Notes under the pieces: model-generated
What the model was told of the DNA's origin: nothing
Database searches by the model: none
Seen by the model: the letters and a program-made list of their open reading frames with translations, nothing else
Assembly: GCA_951406725.2 (NCBI GenBank)
Contig: OX597831.1
Coordinates: 11,656,001-11,720,000, forward strand
DNA length: 64,000 nt
Source: Octopus vulgaris
Lineage: Eukaryota
Direction of reading: 5' to 3'
Made by a program: the position numbers and the translations under genes
Shown: one piece after another, positions 14,221-28,160 of the stretch
Position numbering within the stretch: position 1 is the first letter of the stretch
Layout of the letters: every line of letters begins with the position of its first letter

Positions 14221-15465
14221 GACTGGATCACCATCCAGATGGAGCCACAGATGCCTCAATCTCAGCGCGTGCCTGCGCATCATCAGCCGAGGCATCCCCA
14301 GCCCACCCTTTAACGGTTGTTGGCAGCGAATAGAGCGTCCCACAAGCGTATTCGAACCCTTCCACAAGAAGCGGAAGAACTGTCTTTCCAGCTTGCTCAA
14401 CCACGAATCAGGGCAGGGAACGACGGTTAGGCGGTAGGTGATGACCGATGCGATGAACACATTGTCTACCTCCGCCCTTCCTGGCTCAATTTTCGCAGCA
14501 ATGGCTCAAGAGACATTACATACAAAAGCGGGGAGAGAGGACACCCTTGACGAAGCGAGCGTTTGAAGCTGAGCGGCTTAGATAAAAAACCGTTCATCCG
14601 AACTACCGAATCGATGTTGTTATAAATTTCAATGATCCACCTGAGGAAGCTAATACCCAGGCCGAACTGTGCCAGAACGGACACCAGGTAATGATGGTCT
14701 ACCCTTTCAAAAACCTTTGATTGGTCTAAATCGACCACTGTCCCTCCCTTGCAAGAATCATTATGAAACCCTTCCACAGTGTACTGTAGAAGATGGAGAT
14801 TATCCTGAATGGTTCTACCGGGAAACGGCACATACCTGTGCCTTCCCGATCAACTTATTCGGGTCCTTTCTGACAAGCCTCACCACCTCCCGGCGCACAG
14901 ATCTGGGAATGAACCCATTCTGCTGCCAGTTCGCGTAGACATTTGCCAGCAGGTGACCGAACAAGTCTGGCATACTCTTATACAGTTCATAGGGTAGACC
15001 ATCCAGTCCCGGTGCCTTACCCGCGTCGCAGTGCACCATACCCTCAATTACCTCCTCAGGCGTGATCGGCCCTACACAACACTCCGCGTCAAGCTCCGAG
15101 AGGCGCGGCAGCCCGGCGAGGAAATCCGTTAGGTCCCTCTTATTGACCGGTCCGCTTCCTCCACCCCGAAAAGCTAGGTGAAGTGCTCCTGAAAGACCTC
15201 ACGCATCTCTTCGGGTTCGTTTATTAACTTACCTCTTTGGTTCATCAAAGATCGAATTGTGCCATCGTTTACACGTTGGGCTTCCACCACTCAGGCCCAT
15301 CCTGTTGCCTTGATTCCTTCACAACCCAATGTACGAATCCTGGCTCCAACAATACAACCCATATGCTGGGCTTCGAGATGCTGGTTTAACGCCAGTCTCT
15401 TGGCCGTCACCTGAGCTGCAGAGCCAGATTCCATTGCTTCCTCCAAGTCTTTAGCTAACGCTAAT
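14221..15465 (-). mobile_element. L1/Tx1-clade LINE ORF2 (reverse transcriptase) relic with internal deletions
   Basis: KAPGLDGLPYELY; GRTIQDN; DLDQSKVFERVDH; RQGCPLSPLLY; FFRFLWKG...KGGLGMP; frameshifts and no YADD. Confidence 0.9.
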
Positions 15466-15475
15466 CCCTTCCTAG

Positions 15476-15510
15476 TATATATATATATATATATAAAAAC
15501 TGAGAATGTG

Positions 15511-15553
<43 letters not shown>

Positions 15554-15733
15554 GTGAATCCCTAAAACTTGAGAACTACACAACCAATTTCATTCAAATA
15601 TAACACATGCCTTACTTAGGGTCCATATAGTGTCATGGGCAAAAAAATGTTTAACTTCTAGCCCACAGCAATATCATATCTTCTCCACTATTTCAGTATT
15701 ACGTGTTAAAAGTGAAATAAAAACATCTCTCTA
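15476..15733 (+). mobile_element. Second Helitron-like 5' fragment (single unit)
   Basis: TATATAAAAACTGAGAATG(TGTC)n followed by one unit and the same 3' flank (TTTCAGTATTACGTGTTAAAAGTGAAA) as at about 12940-12970. Confidence 0.75.
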
Positions 15734-15774
15734 TTGTATGTATATGGATGTATATATATACATGTATATATATG

Positions 15775-15811
<37 letters not shown>

Positions 15812-15842
15812 ACATGTATATGTATACATGTATGTCTAGATG

Positions 15843-15886
<44 letters not shown>

Positions 15887-16668
15887 TGTACATATAATAT
15901 ATACCCATATATATATATACACACATATATACATGCATACATATATCTACACCCATACACACACCTCCACCCACCCACACACCCATTCTGGATTCTGCCT
16001 AAGTGGTTATTGATTTCAAATACCTTCGGTCTCACACAACTAATAATAAGAAGGACTTCTTCACACGCAAGTGACCAGTCTGGAGTGCCTGCAACAAGCT
16101 TCACAACAATTATCAATCAAATGTTTTAAACTCAACAAGCCTGACCCTCGTTTGAGCTTGTGTAGAGAGTATCCTTCTTTATGGAACCAAAACTATGAAT
16201 CTGAAAAAGGAAATTGAAGATTATGTTGATGGTTCGTATACAACATTTTTATGAGGAATCTAAACATCTCGTAGCAAGAGCACAAGAACGAAGATGAGAT
16301 TTATGGGTATATTCCACCCATTTCTACTGTCATTCTACGGTAATTCGAAACTGAACCGCTAGGTAGCCGGTCAGATATTAGGGTCAAGCCACAGTAATTT
16401 CAGGCGATCATCCAATCAGCGTCAAACCAAAGCTTGATTCGATTTACTAGAATTTTTCTCCTTATGCTTCTTATAAGAAGGCGGGTTTTGATGGTAATCA
16501 CGGAACTTTGAGTCAGTCTCACGTTGTGTCTCCATTCTCAACACATCCAGCCGATGACCGACAGTAGACAGAAATTTTCGTCGCCACGAATACAGCGCAA
16601 TTATTTCCCACTTGTAATGGGCAGGCACAGATTGCTATATCCGTTAACTGGTCGTAAGCCCTAAGCGG

Positions 16669-16728
<60 letters not shown>

Positions 16729-17974
16729 TATGTATTTATTACTGTTAGTTTTTGTAAAAGACCAACACAGTTAAAACATTTTGTGCAGTAAAGAAATTTC
16801 CGGTTAATCGTTCTCGGCTGGTGTAAGTTATTTCTTCACGCGACTCGAGAAATACATTTTCATTCAGTAACTCAGCCAGTCGTCACTTCAGTTCAGCCGA
16901 CAGGAACAAACCGCACCAACACACTACAACCACGACACTGCTATCACTACTCAATGCAAAGAAGGTGTTGCTGGCTACGGCTATTGTACTGAGCAACATG
17001 CCTCATCGTATGTTATGTTTGGTGTCTTCCGGGCTCTAAGACTGTACGACGACTAAATTGTTGATATTGGCAGAAATACATACAAGAAACTAAGGATCCA
17101 CCAAAGATAATAGAGACAGAGATTCTTGGCCACGGCATGGCTTAAGGGAGGAGATATATTTACGACGGGCTTGTTCTCAGCGTCACTACACGTGTTTCAA
17201 TAGCATGGTTTATTCTCATATATGAAATCCATTAAAAATCACGCAACATTACGTAAATTCATATTGTTACGTAACCATTCCATTTCATCAGATGATATTC
17301 AGCTAAATATTTTAGCGAAAAAATACGATAAATCTGTTTGGTTATGAAACCCTCTTCCCTCATAGAATTTCACCTTTCAGACTCGTTTAACTGAGGTAAG
17401 AGTATTTTGGGACACCGCAATGGTTCGACCTATTCGAGTCTCTTCAGTTAAAGCTACTCTCGGATCAATGAATCTAAACAAGAACTGTTGCTCTTATTTA
17501 GCACATTCACTTTCGAATCTGCCGGAACAATATTAAGAGTGAATATATACGCAGATGTTTTGCTTCTCTCTGTTCTTCGGTACATGATCAATTATCATAA
17601 CTTTCTGTAAATTTTTTTTTAAATGTAACACCATTCTAGAGAAATCTGATTAAACTGTGGATTCCAATGTGTAAGTTAATTAAATATTAATTATGGAATT
17701 TTCCTTCTTGGAGATTGATTGTTTTCGCTGCAACTAAGGATCTCAATCTACCCTTTCAAAAATCAATTTAACCCATAAATGGGACCCTGATGGGTACTAC
17801 CGTTTCACATCAGAACTGACCTGGGAGTAAGGGTAATTAAGGGATGATACCATGCTCCCCACAACTGCAGAACTCCAAAAATGGAATCTCGCCACTGGAT
17901 GCCGTTAAATGTCATACCCAGGAAATTAACTGTCTCAGATCATTGTAATATTAGTATATTATTGCTATATTTCT

Positions 17975-18125
17975 AATCGTGCGAAGACAATTCGCCGACA
18001 GACAACAATTCACCGTTTGGATAATTGGCTGATTGGACAATAACTCGACATGTGGAAGTATCGATCATGGAGTATCTGTAAGTTGTCTTTTGGCCAACTG
18101 CCTGTCGATGAATTGTGCGTCTACC
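17975..18125. mobile_element. Short MITE-like element with degenerate TIRs
   Basis: ACAATTCGCCGACAG at the left end versus CTGTCGATGAATTGT at the right end. Confidence 0.4.
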
Positions 18126-18304
18126 ATATCTAATAAGCTGACCTACCAACTTTTGTTAATCTAGATTGTAGGGGACAGTTGTAACAACATTTTGAACACA
18201 CCCTACTAAGCACTGACTAACATACGGAATGCAGTCGGGACCGCTTTGCGATAGTTTTGTGATAAACTGGGCAAAACTTGTGAAACGCTGCAGACTGCTA
18301 AACT

Positions 18305-18890
18305 CTTTTGCAGGCACAACAGGTTCAAGTATGATAGAGAGGAAGTGAGAGACAATGAGAGGTGTGCGAAGAAGAGGAGTGTCAGAACATCAGAGCTGAC
18401 TGAGAAAATTCGCAGTTTTCTTGATGAAGACCATCGCGTATTTATTATGGCAATGAGCATACAATTCGGAGTTGGTGCGGAAACTGTACGCAGAATTACT
18501 CATGAAGATCTGAATGTGCACAAGATTTGTGCAAGGTTTGTTCCCTGGGTACGCAGGGACGAGAATGTTCACGATCAACTACTTGACAATGATAGGCATC
18601 ATAATTTCCCCTTACCCCCCCCCCTACAACTCAGACCTTGTTCCCTGTGACATTTGGTTGTTCCTCAGACTGAAGGAGGACCTCAGAAGCAGTCGTTTGT
18701 AGGATGAAGGAGGCTGTGACAAGGGTCCTTCCCTTTCGAGAACTTCAAAAGGGTCCCCAGGAAATAGCTGGGCTTCTATATTGAAGTCAGAAGATCCTAT
18801 TTTCAAAAAGATTAAAGTTTTGTATTTCTTTGAAATTAATAAACGTCTCTCTTGAAAATGTCTGAAAACTTGTAGAATGAATCTTGCATG
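18305..18890 (+). mobile_element. Internally deleted mariner transposon relic
   Basis: VRRITHEDLNVHKICARFVPWV (WVPxxL-like) joined to PPYNSDLVPCDIWLFLRLKEDLR (YSPDLAPxD-like); the catalytic middle is missing. Confidence 0.85.
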
Positions 18891-18932
18891 TGTATACATA
18901 TGTATATGTATATGTGTGTGTTTGTGTGTATA

Positions 18933-20185
18933 CATGGTACGTAAGGTATTTGAATACATACCTTTTTGGGGTCATTGTTGCATTTTTTTGCCAACTCTGT
19001 ATAATCTTCGTTTCAGAAAATAATAATGGCAGACCCTCAGCTTACTCAAAAAATGAAGAGACATGCTGTTATTGTGGTTATAAAGGTTGAGCATAGCGAT
19101 TTAGAAATATCTCGATTTTTAAAAGTTGCCAGATCTTTCGTCTACAAAGTTTGTAAGGAGCTAAAGACTGAAGATAGAAATGTATCACCAATATCAAAGA
19201 ATAGAAAGCATTCTAAATGCTCTGAAATTATTATAACACCTGAATTTATCCAGCAAGTTCAACAGACCATTGATTGCAATCCCAGAAAGTCCATGAGGTC
19301 AATTGCAAAAGATCTCCATGTACCAGAAGGAACAGTCAGAAATGATGTCCACGAAGACATCAGATATAAGTCTTATATGATGAGTAAAGGTCAATTTGTC
19401 AGAAAAAGCAAAAGAAAATGACTACATCAAATCTAAAAGGCTCTTAAACAAACTGTAAAATCCAGCAGAAGATTTTATTTGGTTTTTCTCAAATGAAAAA
19501 TACTTCGACCAAAATCAAGAAGTTAACAAATGAAATGACAGATGGTTAGGTGTGAAGTTCCAAGTGTTATGTATTCAAAATTTCCCGCAACTGTCATGGT
19601 TTTAAGAATTGTCAGCGATGAAGGACATGTGATGCTTCTTTACTTTTTCCCACACGACTTTAGAGTTAACTAGAGTTAACACCTACATTGATGTCCTGGA
19701 AACAATTGTTAATCCCTGGATAGACAGTATATGCAATGGAAGGCCACATGTGTTTCAGTAAGACTCTGCACTATCACTCAAGGCTCTCGTAACACAGGAA
19801 TGGATGGCTGAAACTTTTAATTATCACATAACCCCTAACATTTGGACTCTTAATTCCCCAGAGCTTAATCCATTCGACTATTACATGTGGAGCGTTATTG
19901 AGAGGGAGCGGTCAATAAACATGCCCATAACACCAAAGATTCTTTGAAAGTTGCCACAGTCAGAGTAATGTTCAAATTGAACCAGGACCATTTGATTTGA
20001 GCGTGTAGATGATTTAGATCTCATTTAGAAGCAGTTGCTGATGAAAAAGGTGGCTTTATTGAATAACATTATAGAAAAGAAGGTTTATTTTTATCCACAT
20101 AGCATTTTTTGATAAAGTTATTATCTGTTATTATATATGTTTTTTTATAAACATAAATTTGTCCTCGAATATCCTACGCACCCTG
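18933..20185 (+). mobile_element. Near full-length decayed DD37D (maT-type) Tc1/mariner transposon
   Basis: TA-flanked imperfect TIRs CATGGTACGTAAGGTATTTGA / TCGAATATCCTACGCACCCTG; transposase from 19026; motifs FSNEKYF and FQ*DSA-x-NSPELNPFDY with 37 residues between the last two Asp; stops and frameshifts present. Confidence 0.9.
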
Positions 20186-20208
20186 TACACACACACACAC
20201 ACATGCAC

Positions 20209-20246
<38 letters not shown>

Positions 20247-20429
20247 GTGTGTGTATGTATGCATTTGTATATATATATACACATAAATAAAGCATACATA
20301 ATGTATATATGTATATATATACATGCATAAATTATGCATACATACATATATACATACATATATATATGTATATGTACCTGCGTGTACCTGCGTGTACCTG
20401 CGCCAACGCGTGTTTCCGTTTGTGCAACC

Positions 20430-20610
20430 CAAGACACACACATCGCTTGATAACCGGTGTTGAATTGTTAACAACACAGTAAACTTAGCGGTTTAGTATA
20501 AGAAACCGATAGAAAAAAGCCCCAGTGTTTAACAAAAAGAAAAAAGCACAGGGCCCGGTTTCTACGACTCAAATTTTCAAAGAGCTGCCCTTCATGACTG
20601 AAACTAGTAA
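20430..20610 (+). mobile_element. Degenerate SINE family A 3' half
   Basis: ATCGCTTGATAACCG...AACTTAGCGGTTTAG...ACCGATAGAA...ATGACTGAAACTAGTAAAAG. Confidence 0.65.
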
Positions 20611-21496
20611 AAGAACGGAAGTGTTGAAGAATTTAGCGTAAAAGAGAATAGCAAGACATTTCGGGGGAATCCGCTTTTTGAAATGCAATTTTGAAATATA
20701 TTTCTGTCATATTAGTCTGGGCAATTTAGATAAAACACTCTACATCAAATGAGAACAAATACAGCGGGGAAAGAAGGGAGAGATGAGGGATACAAAGAGA
20801 GAGAGAGAGAGAGATGGAGAAAGAGAGAGAGAGAGTGTGTGTTAAAAAAATGGCGGAATCTATATGATAGAGAATTCTCGGCTATAATAACAAAGCGTCA
20901 TATTTTATTGTGTGAGAAATACGGTGATGTGATTATGATTACGCGAAAATATAATTATATCAGATTATACAGGATGATTCAAATGTAAATATTTTGCCAC
21001 CAAACGGAATCAAATAAGTTACCAAATATTCCAAGCGATTAATGGGTCTTTTTTCTCTTTTTTTTATGCGTTTTCTGTTTTTGGTGCTAAATATGAATTA
21101 AAGCAGGACGGTTAGTTAAGAGAAACGTTCGGTTCAGAATTACGGAATATTTAATGAGGAGAACTTTTCTCTAGGAATTCAGTTTTAAATAAAACAAATG
21201 ATATTAAGAGATAATGATATTGATATCGTATGTGACTATATGTGCGTGCGGATAGGCATGTAATTAGGGATATATGTATATCCATACACAGACAAAGACA
21301 CAAGCATACACACACACGGATACACACATACATACACTGATATATATATATATATATATATACTCACATGAATTCTGCCCCTCCGTGTGCATACACATAC
21401 TCACACACATGGGCACACATACACGTATATACGCACATGCATATATATATGTGTGTGTGCGTGTGTGTGTGTGAGTGAGTGTATGTATGCCTATAT

Positions 21497-21545
<49 letters not shown>

Positions 21546-21546
<1 letters not shown>

Positions 21547-21695
21547 GGCAATCCCTCGACTATCGCGGGTGTTAGGTTCCAAAACCTGCCACAGAAATAA
21601 CTAAAATCAAAAAATATATAAATACCTATCGGCCGCAGAAACCCGGATTTACTGAGAGCGCGTTAGGTGAACCGCGATATGGCAAGGTATTACTG
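21546..21695. mobile_element. Tigger/pogo-like MITE
   Basis: TIRs CGGCAATCCCTCGACTATCGCGG / CCGCGATATGGCAAGGTATTACTG, preceded by TA. Confidence 0.65.
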
Positions 21696-21735
21696 TGTGT
21701 GTATATATATATATATATATATAACATGCATGTGA

Positions 21736-21766
<31 letters not shown>

Positions 21767-21767
<1 letters not shown>

Positions 21768-22320
21768 TAGGCTGCAAAGAAATTCTTGTCGCATTTTTGA
21801 CATGATCACTTCGAAGTTACTTTTTCAATACTTGTAATAAAATAAATATTAGATTTTACATCCTTATATGGTTTCTTTCTTTCTTTGTAAATTATTTTAT
21901 ACAACAGTAATTCACTTCGAATCGATTTTACCATTTTTAAATGCGTTTACATCCGACTCAAACTAATTCAAGAGAAGTCTCTCAGCACTGGAAGCGTCGA
22001 GAAATATTCGTTCTGTCTATGGAGATGAAGCTTTAAGAATCCTGACAGCCAGCGATGGTTTGATCAGCTTTGCTTGGAAGATGTCCCTCTTGCCGATTCC
22101 GTTTGATCAGGACAACAAAGTTCTGTCAAAATTAAGATTCCGAAAACCGTAGCTGAAGAAAATCCAAAGCAAACATTTCGGTCATAAAGCATTTTCATGA
22201 ACAAAGAAAAGTGTCTAAATTTGGTCAGTGGTTCCATCATTATTTAACTGCTTCTCGTCATTGAACAGTAGACAAACTTTCTACCCAATATTTCCTGGCT
22301 AGAATCATTATAAGTGCATG
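21767..22320 (+). mobile_element. Highly decayed mariner relic
   Basis: TTAGG-type start; translated patches FKRSLSALEASRNIRSVYGDEAL, QRWF, LEDVP, and FLARII. Confidence 0.6.
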
Positions 22321-22634
22321 TATGATATTTTCAGTCAGAAATAATTTTGCAAAACTGTCGTATGTGGGACTTACTACATTTTTGAAAAATGCTAAGCCGT
22401 TGTACTACACTCTAAGGCAGCTGAAGATACGATAGTTTGACCAAAAGAATCGGCTATTGCAAGCAAAAATAGATATTAGGAAAAGAAAAACACATTTGGC
22501 CAAATCTGGACATACAACAGTTTTACATAATAGCTACGATATATATCCACATAGGTGTATATATACGTATATAAATATACATATATATGGAAATATACCT
22601 ACATAGATATCTATCTAGCAAAATAAATAAATAA

Positions 22635-22693
<59 letters not shown>

Positions 22694-23051
22694 GGGAGAA
22701 TTCACAAAAGTGTGTGTGTGTGTGCGTGCGCTAGCACACAGCAATGCGATCAGAGAGCTCATGTGTATGTGTGTTTATTATAAGATCTCCTTAAATAGAT
22801 AACCACACACTATTCTTTTAATGAATACTAGAATCCGAAATTGTTTGCAGAGACAATTGTGAAATTAGTCTGAAAATACAACCATAAAATGTCACTGTCC
22901 TGCGCACTCTTCCACACTTTGACGAACAACAAATTGTCTTAAACAATCAGAATGCTTTTGTTTGGCTACTAATTGTGTTTGTGAGTGTGTGTGTGTGTGT
23001 GTGTGTGAGGCATCAATGGATATATATATACATACACACACACATAGCAGC

Positions 23052-23345
23052 AAGAGTGGCTGTGTGGTAAGTAGCTTGCTTCCCAACTACATGGTTCCGG
23101 ATTCAGGCCCACTGCGTAACACCTTGGGCAAGTGTCTTCTGCTATAGCCTCGGCGTGACCAAAGCCTTGTGAGTGGATTTGGTAGACAGAAACTGTTCTT
23201 GAGCAAAACACTTGCTCCAGCCCACTCAGCTGGCAAAAATGAATAACGTTGCGATGGACTGGCGTCCCGTCCAGCTGGGGAACACATACGCCATAGAATC
23301 CGGGAAACCGGGCCCATGAGCCTGGGTAGGTTTTAAAGGGACACA
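23052..23345 (+). mobile_element. SINE family A head joined to a different SINE-like 3' segment
   Basis: Family A head to about 23195, then TGAGCAAAACACTT...TCAGCTGGCAAAAATGAA...GCGATGGACTGGCGTCCCGTCCAG. Confidence 0.75.
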
Positions 23346-24439
23346 TTTATATTTATTATATTTATATAATAACTATAATATATATCATAATGATATTTAT
23401 TCAGCGATTTGAAGCGACAAATTTTAAATATAAGCAAATGACTGAAAAATGATCAGCTAACTTCAGGCAGAATCGGACTCACAAATCGACGCTTTCATGG
23501 CTCCTTGCGAATCTGATTGGTCAAACCATCAATTTCAGTCAAATTTAGTTAATATTTACTTAAACTGTCTTGACACTACATAAATAATATTTTTATAAGC
23601 AAACCCGAAAGGCTTTGCGAGTTACGGAAATTTACCAAATCGGGTGTTGGAAGAGATATTATCTTTAGAATGGACAAAACAGGAGGAAACACGTGGATGG
23701 AAGAGTAGCTGAAGGGGTCATAGATGTGCGACAAAAGATTTCCTGACAATGGATATACGATCAAATAAGAACAATAATAATTGAAGAATGAATAAATATA
23801 TAATGCGTATGTTTATTTGAGCAGGAAAAAAATGACCGTCCCGAAATACAATATATATATATTGTATTTTAGTGTGTAGTCCAGCTTTAAAAACTGGGTT
23901 TAGCATGATTTAGAGGCGGGGTTGCATTATATTTCTCACAGATTGTTTGTATGAAGTTTCCGTTCAGAGCTCGAAGTATAAAGACTTTTAAAGTTTTGTA
24001 ATTGAAACTCCATGCCGTCTACATAGAAATAATCATACTTGCTCCTACCATTTTTCTACTCCCTTTTTAAAGTCTTCTGCTCTCTCTCTCTCTCTCTCCA
24101 GCTTCCCCTCTCTCTTTCTCACCACTCCTGTTTTCCAACACTATTCTACACAACTTATCTCGTGCTTCTTTAATTTCTCTCTACTCATTACCACTCACCG
24201 CTTCTTCTTTTACTTCTTCTTCTTCTTCTCCTTCTTCTTCTTCTTCTTCTTCTTTTTCTTCTTCTTCTTGTACTTCTTCTTTTCTTCTTCTCTTTCTTCT
24301 TTTTCCTCCTCCTCCTCCTCCTCCTCTTTCTCCTCCTTAATCGCCTTCTTCTTCTTCTTCTTCTTCTTCTTCTACTACTATTACTACTACTACTTCTACT
24401 ACCACTACTACTGCTGCTGCTTCTACTACTCTCCCCCTC

Positions 24440-24482
<43 letters not shown>

Positions 24483-24766
24483 GTATTCCTCTCTCACGCA
24501 CACACATCATTATTCCCCTTCATTTTATCCATTCCAATGCTGGTTCGCCTCCTGCGTCGTTCCTTACACCTGACACCTCTCCACCCTCCCCTTATCCTCC
24601 TTCCAAACCTTAAAAACAATGGCCGCCATCATGCCGTGAATGTTCCCGTCACAAGGCGTCTGTTTCTCAACACACACTACATGCAGTTAACAAAGACAGA
24701 TCAGTTTGATCAATTATTAATAAACACAGTCTCTACACTGCCACCCTTCCCGGCATACCTCAACCG

Positions 24767-24830
<64 letters not shown>

Positions 24831-25259
24831 ACACTATCAATGTCACAATAATTTCGGAGAGCGAGGGCAGAGGCGATTGTTTTTGCCATCTCTCTCTTTC
24901 TCTCTCTCTCATTTTCTCATTTTCTTCTTAATCCCCGCTCTTATTAAACACCTCCTCCTCCTCCGCCTCTCTCTCCTCTTCCTTTCCTCCCTCTTCTTTT
25001 TTTTCTTTTTCTTCTTGTTCATTTATTTCTTATTGTTGCTGCTGCTGTGTTGTTGTTGTTGTTGTTGTTGTTGTTCTTCTTCTTCTTCTTCTTCTTCTTC
25101 TTCTTCTTCTTCTTCTTCTTCTTCTCCTCCTCCTCTTCCTCCTCCTCATCTGCCCCGTCCTTCAACCTTCCGTTCTAACTCCCACCGCCTCGTTTACCTC
25201 TCTCTACTCCCCTCCGCTCACTTTTCTTTTGCATTGTGAACACCAGCTACCACGAGCCA

Positions 25260-26280
<1,021 letters not shown>

Positions 26281-26949
26281 ACAAGCACTTACAAATAACA
26301 TACGCAATTCAGACCACTTCTGATTTTACCACCGTCACCACCACTACTACTATTAATATTATTTCTACCATACACACATACATATATACATACATACGTA
26401 TATACATACATGCAAATATACGAGATATCTGCAGTTACTCTATCCAGATTACAAGTGCAGGTTTATACCTGTAATTATTGGGGCCCTGTGATGTGTTACA
26501 CACTGTTTAAATACCAATTTTGAAAAATTAAGTTTCTCAAAACCAGAAAGGAGGTAGCTGAATCGAAGACTACAAATCCAACCCATCACTGGAACTGTAA
26601 AAATCTGTAAAACTTTCCAGAAGTTTACCATTTAAATACATATGAGCATGTCTAGATATGAGAATACATACATGAAGCATACAAATTTCCACACACATAC
26701 ATACATACATACATGCATGCATGCATACATACATACATACATACATACATACATACATACACACATACATACATACATACATACATACATACATACATAC
26801 ATACATACATACATACATACATACATACATACATAAATACTTACATACATAAATACATACATACATACATAAATACATAATACATATGCTCATCATTATT
26901 TACATTATTTACATTTGACGGATATTTGTCCTCATCTTGTTTGTTGTTA

Positions 26950-26995
26950 AACACAACGTTTCGGCTGATATATCCTCCAGCCTTCATCTGGTGTC
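26950..26995 (-). ncRNA. Minimal hammerhead motif (core CAGAUGA, U4A)
   Basis: GACAC-CAGATGA-A-GGCTG-GAGGATATAT-CAGCC-GAAACGTT-GTGTT. Confidence 0.65.
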
Positions 26996-27300
26996 TTCGG
27001 GGAAATTCCGAACCTGGGTTCCATTCTTAAGGTATCTCTACATCTACACAGGAAAGTTAGATGGCTTGAAAGACGAGCTCGTTTTTGATGGAGTTTCTCT
27101 CTATATCTCCATTGAAGTCTGATGTCGCTTCTGTACCGATTAGATAATACAGTTCTATGTTTAAGAGAGGAGGAATTATGTACATTATTTGCATTATTTA
27201 CATTGGAGATGATATTGAAGAGATGAGGAATTATATATATTATTTTCATTATTTACCTTTGACCTTAGGAATGAGAACCCAGGTACGAAATTTCCCTAAG

Positions 27301-27345
27301 AAACCCGATGAAGGCTGGAGGGTGTATCGGCCGAAACGTTGTGTT
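27301..27345 (+). ncRNA. Minimal hammerhead motif (core CCGAUGA, U4C)
   Basis: AAAC-CCGATGA-A-GGCTG-GAGGGTGTAT-CGGCC-GAAACGTT-GTGTT. Confidence 0.65.
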
Positions 27346-28160
27346 AACAACAAATAAGATGAGGATAAATATCCGTCGAATGTAAATAATATAAATAATT
27401 CCTCATCTCTTAAATATAGAACTGTAATACGTTCATCACTTTATATTTTACTCTTCAAAATTTCATTTAAATTTCATACAATTTATCTTGTGTACCAATT
27501 CGCCATTGCATCTAAGTTCGTCTCCGCTTAAACTAGATGTCGGCAAAGTGGTTAGTATCGACCACTGGAGATCCATACGATTTCTAAAATTAAGGGTGCC
27601 GAATTATTAGCGAACGGGGTCTTGAAGAGCGTCGGTAATTTACGGCTAAAATTCACTAATTTCCTACATAATATACATGCAATATTAACTAAAATTCACC
27701 AAATAAATATTTCACATGTCAATATAAAATGGCTGAATTTTAATAGTTTTTTTTATCATCTTGGTAAAGTATTTAGATTAAATTTCTTTAAATATTTCTT
27801 TATTTTACAAACAAGCCGTAAAAATGTAGCGAGGGGCAGAATCGAGCGTACGTTGGACAAAAAAGCTTCCAACTTATTTCTCTTCCTACTTCCCATTCAT
27901 TTATGTTCAAAAATTCAAATGAGTTGTAAAAGAGTACTCAATACACATTGTAGAGTATATTTGTGCAAATCCTTCTTTAGCTAGTCGTGCTTTTATGCGT
28001 GGATGATTGTTCAGCTTTGACACGTCAATAATCCGGAAAAGGAATTGTTTTTATTGCCATTTCAGTTGCGTATACACCTCAGAAACGAAGATAAACTCCC
28101 GCAAATAAGCATCTTTTGATGGACTCTCTGTCTCTCTCTCTCTCTCTCTCTCACCATATA

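Larger units (their letters stand above)
26895..27426. mobile_element. Penelope-like inverted pLTR remnant with two outward-facing hammerhead motifs
   Basis: About 26895-27035 is the reverse complement of about 27262-27392; each arm has gacac-C(A/C)GATGA-A-GGCTG..C(A/G)GCC-GAAACGTT-gtgtt. Confidence 0.75.

Noticed and set aside
16655-16667. TAAGCCCTAAGCG resembling the pistol ribozyme pseudoknot strand
   Set aside because: No nearby upstream hairpin with a complementary TTAGGG loop.
16340-17070. Possible LTR retrotransposon LTR/PBS (minus-strand TGGCGACGA)
   Set aside because: No second LTR, TSD or recognisable gag/pol motif.
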